Shown piece after piece: positions 57,443 through 64,000 of a DNA stretch of 64,000 nt. This DNA comes from an archaeon (GTDB lineage: Archaea; Nanobdellota; Nanobdellia; Pacearchaeales; GW2011-AR1), in the NCBI GenBank assembly GCA_043821945.1, contig JBDRCH010000005.1:14799-78798 (forward strand), written 5' to 3'. The position numbers and the translations under genes were made by a program. Numbering within the stretch: the stretch's first letter is position 1; each line of letters opens with the position of its first letter. The notes below the pieces were generated by a model. That model was not told the DNA's origin. It was given only the letters and a program-made list of their open reading frames with translations, and ran no database searches.

Positions 57443-57853
57443 ATGGAACAATATGAAAAATTATTAGAAGAAGCATACAAAAAAGTAAAACAAGTTAACA
57501 CATCTAGTTCGCGATTGGAAATTCCAAAAATAGAAGGACACTTTGAAGGTAAAAAAACAATTCTCACGAATTTCTTTTCAATTGTATCTCATTTAAGAAG
57601 AAAACCAGAACACTTTCAAAAATTTATTTTAAGGGAACTTGCAGCTTCAGGACAAAAAGAAGGCGATCGTCTTGTGCTGAATACAAAAGTGCCAAGCACG
57701 AAAATCAATCAAAAAATAGAACAATACGCAAAAGAATTTGTTTTATGTAAAGAATGTGGAAAACCAGACACAGAATTAAAAAAAGAAGATAGATTAACTT
57801 TTGTTCATTGTTTAGCTTGTGGGGCAAAACACAGCGTGAGAAGTAAGATATAA
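57443..57853 (+). CDS. eif2b: Translation initiation factor 2 beta subunit (aIF2-beta)
   Basis: C-terminal zinc ribbon CKECGKPDTEL...CLACGA; start at the internal Met of the listed ORF. Confidence 0.8.
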   Translation: MEQYEKLLEEAYKKVKQVNTSSSRLEIPKIEGHFEGKKTILTNFFSIVSHLRRKPEHFQKFILRELAASGQKEGDRLVLNTKVPSTKINQKIEQYAKEFVLCKECGKPDTELKKEDRLTFVHCLACGAKHSVRSKI

Positions 57854-57957
57854 CGCCATAATTGTGGAGCTGAAAGTTTACGCGAGGAGCAAAATTAACT
57901 TAGTATTAACGACAAGCGTGGGCTTGAGTAAAAACATAGTGTTAAGAGTAAAATTGA

Positions 57958-58383
57958 TTATTCTAAAGATTCACTTAATTCTCCTAATCTAACATATCTG
58001 TCTTTTGAGGCAATATTTCCTACTTTTTCCCACTCCATACGCGAAGGATGAAAATACATTATGTCCTTATCTCCTAAATCCTTTCTAAAAAATATTGGAG
58101 TAGGAATAAAATTTCTAGCAAAAATAGAATAACCTCTTCCACTATATTTTCTTTTTCCATCTATTCCAAGAAGAACAAGGTCTTTTTCCTCAACCCTTTC
58201 GCAAGGATGATATGCACCATCACAAGTAACATTGAATAAATTCGTCTCGCTTATATCTCCTTTTCTATAAGTCCTAACAAAATCTTCATTTCCTCCAAAA
58301 GTAATTGGCTTTCTTAATTTGCTCTTTACTAAAAGTTGGTTTGCTTTTTTATATAAGTTCATTTTATATCTCAGCATCTTCAC
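57958..58383 (-). CDS. Hypothetical protein (141 aa)
   Basis: ORF only. Confidence 0.3.
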   Translation of the reverse strand: MKMLRYKMNLYKKANQLLVKSKLRKPITFGGNEDFVRTYRKGDISETNLFNVTCDGAYHPCERVEEKDLVLLGIDGKRKYSGRGYSIFARNFIPTPIFFRKDLGDKDIMYFHPSRMEWEKVGNIASKDRYVRLGELSESLE

Positions 58384-58489
58384 TTTTTAAAAATTTCTAT
58401 ATTAAACAACAAATCCAAATGTTTAAAAAACAAAATTCCCTTAGCAAATTAAAAGATTCAATGAATCTATAATTAAATAGGAGAAAAAA

Positions 58490-58639
58490 ATGACAGAAGG
58501 ATATTGCGTGAAATGTAAAAAAAAGGTTGAGATAAAAGGCCCTGTTGAAAGCAAAACAAAAAAAGGAACAAAAATCGCAAAAGGGAAATGCCCAGATTGT
58601 TCAACAACTGTTTGCAGAATGGGCGGAATAACAAAATAA
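58490..58639 (+). CDS. Small zinc-ribbon protein (49 aa) with a GGAG ribosome-binding site
   Basis: CVKCKKK...CPDCSTTVC; AGGAG 9 nt upstream of the ATG. Confidence 0.4.
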   Translation: MTEGYCVKCKKKVEIKGPVESKTKKGTKIAKGKCPDCSTTVCRMGGITK

Positions 58640-58682
58640 ACCATTAAAAAAATTTATTAACTAATTCTTTCTTTTATTTTTT

Positions 58683-58982
58683 ATGATACTAATTAAAATA
58701 CACAAATCCTATAGATATGTGGTTGCTATTTGTGATTCTGAATTATTAGGAAAAAAATTTGAACAAGGAAGATTCCAATTAGATATTAAAGAATCTTTCT
58801 TCAAAGGTAAAAAAACTTCTAAAGAAAAAACAATTCAGACAATGAAAAAAATGTCAATAGAAGATTCCACATTTAATATTATTGGAGAAAAATCAATAAC
58901 CTGTGCTTTAGAAGCAGGAATTATTTCTAAAGAAGGCATTAAAACAATTCAAGATATTCCTTTTGCCTTGGTACTAATATAA
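58683..58982 (+). CDS. Conserved archaeal small protein (DUF424-like)
   Basis: weak pattern recall only. Confidence 0.3.
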   Translation: MILIKIHKSYRYVVAICDSELLGKKFEQGRFQLDIKESFFKGKKTSKEKTIQTMKKMSIEDSTFNIIGEKSITCALEAGIISKEGIKTIQDIPFALVLI

Positions 58983-59023
58983 AGTTTCCCAAAATTTATA
59001 AACACACTTTATCTAAAAATTAT

Positions 59024-59377
59024 ATGGAAGAATTTAAAGATATTAATGAAGAAGAAAATATTAATAAAGAAAATGATGAAAACACTTCTCAAAAAATAAG
59101 AGTTAAACTCCCAAGAGGAAATGAAGTCATAGGAATAATAGAACAAAGGCTTGGTGGAAACAAAATGATGATAAGTTGTTTAGATGGTAAATCGAGAAAC
59201 TGCAGAGTTCCAGGAAGACTAAAGAGAAAATTATGGCTTAGGCCTGATGATGTTGTAATAATAGAACCATGGGAGCTAGACAACACAAAAGGAGATGTTT
59301 TATTCAAATATAGATTAAATCAAATTGAATGGTTAAAGAAAAATGGTTATTTGAAAAAAGAGGGTGTTGAGTTCTAA
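59024..59377 (+). CDS. eif1a: Translation initiation factor 1A (aIF1A/eIF1A)
   Basis: S1-like OB segment IRVKLPRGNEVIGIIEQRLGGNKMMISCLDGKSRNCRVPGRLKRKLWLRPDDVVIIEPWE. Confidence 0.85.
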   Translation: MEEFKDINEEENINKENDENTSQKIRVKLPRGNEVIGIIEQRLGGNKMMISCLDGKSRNCRVPGRLKRKLWLRPDDVVIIEPWELDNTKGDVLFKYRLNQIEWLKKNGYLKKEGVEF

Positions 59378-59429
59378 GATATATTATAAAAGTAATTAAA
59401 AATAAAAAGAGAATAAGTATCAAAAAGAT

Positions 59430-59615
59430 ATGCTCGAAATTAAAGCACAAGATCATAGAGATTATATGAAAGTCTTTGAAAAAGGATTAATCAAAGAAGA
59501 TAATGAAATAAGAGTAAAAAAGGGTAATTTCACAAGATTTTATGTTGTAGAATCATCAGATAAACTAAATCCTTATACTAAAGTTATAAATCAATATTTG
59601 CAAAGAAAAGATTAG
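59430..59615 (+). CDS. Small hypothetical protein (61 aa)
   Basis: ORF only. Confidence 0.2.
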   Translation: MLEIKAQDHRDYMKVFEKGLIKEDNEIRVKKGNFTRFYVVESSDKLNPYTKVINQYLQRKD

Positions 59616-59777
59616 ATAATTGTAATGGATGGTCTTTTCCAATAAAATAAATATTAATTCTTTTTAGCGAAGAAATCTAACAAGTCAATTTCGAAGCAAC
59701 TAAATCTGCGAACTCATAAGCAGGTAATTATAAAAACATTCACTTCTAACAGATAAATAACTCTAACCCCACACTGG

Positions 59778-60293
59778 TTGGGAAGATGGACCATGAAAAC
59801 AATAATATCTGAAAAACTTCCAAGAATAATAAAAAATAAAAAAAGATTAGAAGAAATTCTAAATGTTAAGATAACCAATCGCGGGAAAGAGGTTTTTATA
59901 GAAGGGTCTCCAGAAGGAGAATATATTGCAGAAAAAGTAATTGATGCATTAGAATTTGGTTTCCCCTTTTCAACTGCAATACTTATAAAAAAAGAAAATT
60001 TAATCTTTGAGATATTATCGATAAAAGAATACACAAGAAGGAAGGATTTTAAAAGAATTCGAGCAAGAATTATTGGGAAAAAAGGTAAAACCCTCAAAAC
60101 ACTATGTGAACTTACAAAATGCTATTTTGAATTAAAAGAAAACTTCGTTGGAATAATAGGCCCAGCAGAATATATTAAAAATGCTCAAGACGCAATGATT
60201 TTAATTATCCAGGGTTCAAAACAAGCAAATATTTACAAATTTCTAGAAAAAAATCAAATTAAAGAACCAATTGATTTAGGTTTGAAAAAGTGA
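59778..60293 (+). CDS. KH-domain RNA-binding protein (Dim2/Pno1-like, two KH domains)
   Basis: GxxG motif in RIIGKKGKTLKTL; second KH-like segment. Confidence 0.55.
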   Translation: MGRWTMKTIISEKLPRIIKNKKRLEEILNVKITNRGKEVFIEGSPEGEYIAEKVIDALEFGFPFSTAILIKKENLIFEILSIKEYTRRKDFKRIRARIIGKKGKTLKTLCELTKCYFELKENFVGIIGPAEYIKNAQDAMILIIQGSKQANIYKFLEKNQIKEPIDLGLKK

Positions 60294-60312
60294 ATTCTAA
60301 AATAATTCAATC

Positions 60313-60570
60313 TCAAAAATCTATTGATTTAAGATAATTTGAAAAAATAGGGGTAAGTTTTCTTTTTATAGAAGTTTTTCCAGCATCCCTTCTTACAGGA
60401 ATTCTTCCTTCTTTTTCAATTTTGAAGAGTTCTCTTGCATGAGGCACACGACCCTCAATATAAAAATCAAGAAAATATCTCCTTGTTTCAACCTGTTTAT
60501 CTTCATAGATCCTATATCTTGCAGTAGCCCATCTTCCAGAACTAAATAAATATATTTTTTCCATAAACAA
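60313..60570 (-). CDS. Hypothetical small basic protein (85 aa)
   Basis: ORF only. Confidence 0.3.
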   Translation of the reverse strand: MFMEKIYLFSSGRWATARYRIYEDKQVETRRYFLDFYIEGRVPHARELFKIEKEGRIPVRRDAGKTSIKRKLTPIFSNYLKSIDF

Positions 60571-60610
60571 TTTAAACTTAATCCTTATTTAAATTTTATT
60601 GTAATAAAAA

Positions 60611-60731
60611 CGTCCCCGGCTGGACTCGAACCAGCGACCTATCGGTTTCTGCAAAATCAAAAGATTTTGTAGCAAATTTTGACATTTCAAAATTTAACAG
60701 CCGATCGCTCTACCAACTGAGCCACAGGGAC
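60611..60731 (-). tRNA. tRNA-Asn (anticodon GTT) with an ~48-nt intron after position 37
   Basis: acceptor GTCCCTG/CGGGGAC, D arm GCTC-AGTTGGTA-GAGC, anticodon stem ATCGG/CCGAT, loop CTGTTA[intron]A, T arm GCTGG-TTCGAGT-CCAGC. Confidence 0.75.
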
Positions 60732-60808
60732 TTATTAATCAAATAACAAATTGACTTTTAAAGTTTATCTTTCATTAATTTTATAAACATATCATTCTTA
60801 TCTTAATA

Positions 60809-61363
60809 ATGGAATTAGATGAAGCAATTCAATCAAGAAAAAGTGTGAGAAAATTTAATTCTAAAAAACCGGATTGGAGAGACATTATTGAATGTATTGA
60901 CGCAGCAAGATATGCTCCAATGGCTGGAGCAAATTACTCATTAAAATTTATTATTGTTGATAAACTTGAAACAATCCAAAAACTTGCAGATGCAGCACAA
61001 CAGGATTTTGTCAGCAAAGCACAATATGTTGTTGTTGTATGTACAAATCCCTCAAGAACAATAAATTCATTTGAAGAAAGAGGAAAAATTTACTGTAGAC
61101 AGCAAGCAGGAGCAGCAATAGAAAACTTTCTTTTAAAAATACAGGAAAAAGGTCTATCAACTTGCTGGGTGGGACTTTTTGTAGATAATCTTGTTAAAAG
61201 AGCCCTAAAAATTCCAGAAGACATCAATGTTGAAGCAATGTTTCCAATAGGATATGAATATTCAAAAACAAAACCAAAAAACAAAATAGATCTGGACAGA
61301 ATTCTCTACTTCAATGAATACAAAAACAAGAAAATGAATTCTCCAAAGAAATTGAATGTTTAG
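60809..61363 (+). CDS. Nitroreductase-family flavoprotein
   Basis: RKSVRKF N-terminal motif and FMN-binding pattern. Confidence 0.7.
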   Translation: MELDEAIQSRKSVRKFNSKKPDWRDIIECIDAARYAPMAGANYSLKFIIVDKLETIQKLADAAQQDFVSKAQYVVVVCTNPSRTINSFEERGKIYCRQQAGAAIENFLLKIQEKGLSTCWVGLFVDNLVKRALKIPEDINVEAMFPIGYEYSKTKPKNKIDLDRILYFNEYKNKKMNSPKKLNV

Positions 61364-61397
61364 ATAATTATTTAAAATAAATTTACTTAAAAAAGAT

Positions 61398-61787
61398 ATG
61401 GGAAAAGAAAACCAAGTTAAGGCAATTGCAATAGTTGCAATAATCTATGGAAGTTTAATTGCTCTTTTTGGATTCGCCTTATTGCTCCTTGGTCTATTCG
61501 CAGTGAGTTTTGAAAGTTCAAACAGTTTAATTAGTTTTTTTCTTGTTTTATTAGTATTACTCTTTTTTACTTTTTTTTTACTTCCTCTTATTGGAGGAAT
61601 AGGATTATTAAAAAATAAAAATTGGGCGAGAATTTTATTGATCATAGTAGCTGCATTAAATCTTCCTGTTTTTCCAATTGGAACTGGATTAGGAATATGG
61701 TTCTTGATTGTCCTTCTAGATGAAGATGTGAAAAAATCATTTAATTCAAATAAAAAGATAAACTCTCAAAAAAAGTTGAATGTTTAA
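61398..61787 (+). CDS. Small membrane protein (about 4 TM helices)
   Basis: hydrophobicity. Confidence 0.35.
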   Translation: MGKENQVKAIAIVAIIYGSLIALFGFALLLLGLFAVSFESSNSLISFFLVLLVLLFFTFFLLPLIGGIGLLKNKNWARILLIIVAALNLPVFPIGTGLGIWFLIVLLDEDVKKSFNSNKKINSQKKLNV

Positions 61788-61789
61788 CT

Positions 61790-62224
61790 CTAATAAAAAT
61801 CATTTCTATTAGGAGCAGAAGACAAATAATTTTTTACAAAATTTTTGAATTCCAAAGTTTGCTTAGGAATTAAATAAAGAGGTTCATCATTCAAGATTCG
61901 ATTAATTACTCTTCTAAAATCAACTAGAGTATTATATCTAATTTTTTCAAATTCCTCTTTACTTCCTACTTTACCAAAAGAATTACCAAGATACTCTAAA
62001 AATTTTTGACCAAGATGAAATTTAGAAACTCTAGGAAAAATTTCTTTTACAAAATCAAGATGATCCAAATTTTTACCTTTCAAATAGTTTCCATAAGATT
62101 CTAAAGAATTATCTAAAAACTTTAAATTTTCCTCGCCTCTTTTTTTAAAATTCTCTTGAATCTTATTCTTTTCAAGATATTCCAAAATAAAAGGTCCAAA
62201 AAATATCCAAGGATTATCTCTCAT
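61790..62224 (-). CDS. Hypothetical protein (144 aa)
   Basis: ORF only. Confidence 0.3.
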   Translation of the reverse strand: MRDNPWIFFGPFILEYLEKNKIQENFKKRGEENLKFLDNSLESYGNYLKGKNLDHLDFVKEIFPRVSKFHLGQKFLEYLGNSFGKVGSKEEFEKIRYNTLVDFRRVINRILNDEPLYLIPKQTLEFKNFVKNYLSSAPNRNDFY

Positions 62225-62305
62225 AACAAAACAACAAATTCAACCTTTAAAAAAATATGTGTAATAAAAAACAAAAGGGGATTTCTCCCCTCAATAAAAA
62301 ACAAT

Positions 62306-63385
62306 TTATCTCCAGACTTCTATACCTAAATCAGAAATTTCTCTTGAAACATGTCGAGTGTGCTCTTCAACAGGTTTTCCTAAAATATAGGGGGATTTAA
62401 CTCCAGTCATTATTGTGATCACTCTGACTTTACCAACAAATTCTTTGCTGATTCTCGCACCAATAATAACTTGTGCCTCAGGATTCAAATTTTCAGAAAC
62501 AGATCTTCCAATAACATCAAATTCTTCAAGCTTTAAATCTGGTCCACAAGTAATATGTATCAAAGCCCCAGTAGCACCTTTGTAATCCACATCAAGTAGA
62601 GGATGAGTCAGGGCTTGTTTAACAGCTTCAATCACACGATCCTGTGCATCAGATTCTCCGATGCCAATAACAGCAACACCACCACCTCTCATGATTGTTG
62701 AAACATCTGCATAATCCAAATTAATCAAACTAGGCAAGGTAATTGTTTCAACAATTCCCTTAACCATAGTACTTACTAATTCATTAGCAACTGCAAAAGC
62801 TTGTTCAATAGGCAACTGTCCAGCAATATCAACAAGTCTATTATTGTCAAGAACAATGCAAGTATCAGTAACTTCTCTTAATTCTTGCAACCCAAATTCA
62901 GCCTTATCAATTCTCGCTTTTTCAGATTCAAAAGGCATTGTCACAACACCAATAACAACAGCACCAGTTTCTTTAGCTAATTGAGCAACTACAGGAGCTG
63001 CACCAGTTCCAGTTCCGCCTCCTAATCCAGCAAGTACAAAAACCATATCTGCTCCTGAAATAGCTTTCTTAACATCAACAATTGCTTCTTTTGCTGCTTC
63101 TTTTCCTTTGTTAGGACTTCCACCAGCACCCAAACCTCTTGTCAATTCTTTACCAATAAGAATTTTTTCATCAGATTTAGTAACACTCAAATGAAGTGCA
63201 TCTGTATTTGCAGAATATATAGTAGCCCCATTAATTCCTTTATTAAAAAGCCAGGTAGTCATATTACAACCACAACCACCACAACCAACGACTTTAATGT
63301 TCGCTTTACCTGCTCTTAATTCATCAAAATTAATACTGTGAGTACTTGTATTTTCTATTGCTTCTTTTGCAAAATCTAACACCAT
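62306..63385 (-). CDS. ftsZ: Cell division GTPase FtsZ
   Basis: tubulin signature GGGTGTGAAPV, T7 loop, typical length. Confidence 0.92.
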   Translation of the reverse strand: MVLDFAKEAIENTSTHSINFDELRAGKANIKVVGCGGCGCNMTTWLFNKGINGATIYSANTDALHLSVTKSDEKILIGKELTRGLGAGGSPNKGKEAAKEAIVDVKKAISGADMVFVLAGLGGGTGTGAAPVVAQLAKETGAVVIGVVTMPFESEKARIDKAEFGLQELREVTDTCIVLDNNRLVDIAGQLPIEQAFAVANELVSTMVKGIVETITLPSLINLDYADVSTIMRGGGVAVIGIGESDAQDRVIEAVKQALTHPLLDVDYKGATGALIHITCGPDLKLEEFDVIGRSVSENLNPEAQVIIGARISKEFVGKVRVITIMTGVKSPYILGKPVEEHTRHVSREISDLGIEVWR

Positions 63386-63586
63386 TTTTTATACCTCCTT
63401 ATCATTCTATAATACTTTTCTACGAAAAGCTTAAATAGTTGATATACTTCCAACTATCTATAGCAGAAAAATAAAGAGATCGACCTCTGCATGCAATAAT
63501 ATTAACAACCGCCAAGTAAATTAATATTATAAAAAATAAATTACGAGTTCTTTAAATAAATTTCTATACTGAAAAAGAATATTTAA

Positions 63587-64000
63587 TCAAACAGTTTTCT
63601 TCAAGTCCTCAATCTTCTCCCACCCCTTTTTCAAATTATCATTAGACTTCTTAATAATTAATTTCAAAAAATCCTCATTAACTAAAACCTTACTACTCTC
63701 ATTAATTATAGGAAACTCCAACTTCTCAGTACTCATTAACTCCAAAACAATATTCTTACCTAAAGAAGTTATTCCAGATCTTTTCCAACCAACTGACTTT
63801 GCTTTATTTAATAACTCTTCAGCACTTTCTAAATTCTTGCAAGCAACATGAAATATTGGTGGCTCTTGTTTGAATTTTATTGCATCTGCTTCAAGTCCGA
63901 TTTTATCAGGACTTTTCGCTAACACATTATTAATACCAATATCTTCACTTATAGATTGTTTTCCTATTAACTCGGAGTTATTAATCTCTGAGCTCAGCGA
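63587..64000 (-). CDS. Possible Taw3/TYW3-family protein, 5' end beyond the window (frame open through base 64000; the listed start is a GTG)
   Basis: IFHVACKNLESAEEL...GWKRSGI resembles the TYW3 C-terminal core; no stop for 25 codons upstream of the GTG. Confidence 0.35.
   Translation of the reverse strand, partial: SLSSEINNSELIGKQSISEDIGINNVLAKSPDKIGLEADAIKFKQEPPIFHVACKNLESAEELLNKAKSVGWKRSGITSLGKNIVLELMSTEKLEFPIINESSKVLVNEDFLKLIIKKSNDNLKKGWEKIEDLKKTV

Noticed and set aside
58441-58644. 67-aa minus-strand ORF
   Set aside because: Hydrophobic nonsense translation. The overlapping plus-strand 49-aa zinc-ribbon ORF with a GGAG RBS is the better model.
1-64000. CRISPR arrays and rRNA genes
   Set aside because: I looked for regularly spaced direct repeats and rRNA-like GC-rich blocks and found none. 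The only recurring sequences are the two small repeat pairs reported above.

Overview
AT-rich archaeal chromosomal window with the hallmarks of a small-genome DPANN-type lineage. Genes are tightly packed on both strands, many TATA-like promoters sit close to start codons, and the information-processing proteins are eukaryote-like. I count about 65 protein genes and 4 tRNA genes, two of which carry introns (tRNA-Lys CTT with ~18 nt, tRNA-Asn GTT with ~48 nt). I found no rRNA and no CRISPR array.

The confidently recognisable genes cover replication and repair, transcription, translation, protein handling, cell division, secretion and tRNA modification:
- Replication/repair: RFC large subunit (5' truncated), FEN1, family-B DNA polymerase, RadB, type IA topoisomerase, ATP-dependent DNA ligase, MCM, and an RPA32-like OB-fold protein.
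- Transcription: TFS, TBP, RpoL.
- Translation: aRF1, aIF2-beta, aIF1A, ValRS, MetRS with a standalone tRNA-binding domain, L15e, NAC, MetAP2, a Nop2/Sun methylase and a Nip7-like PUA protein.
- Other housekeeping: Cdc48, FtsZ, MinD-like ATPase, signal peptidase I, an unlisted Sec61-beta, and a Trm5/Taw2-like enzyme with a Taw3-like partial gene at the window end.

The accessory content is what I would look at again. None of it is a confirmed novel system; the strongest leads are:
- A bacterial-type FabI enoyl-ACP reductase.
- A rubrerythrin - desulfoferrodoxin - T7-lysozyme/PGRP-type zinc amidase cluster.
- An orphan Cys-type FdhA-like molybdoenzyme.
- A processive GT2 synthase.
- Several Cys-rich secreted or surface proteins, including one with a beta-helix, a myxo-type CDDGN repeat and a dockerin-like tail, plus an atypical DsbA-like protein.
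- A small mobile island: an IS1/IS1595-like transposase, a Zn-ribbon-fused Doc/Fic toxin and an AbrB-like gene, with a shared 34-nt promoter-like repeat.
- A GC-rich 18-mer repeated in two intergenic regions.
- A PolB whose nucleotide-binding motifs A and B are remodelled, with His at the steric-gate Tyr position.
- A pair of tandem paralogous small proteins upstream of MinD.
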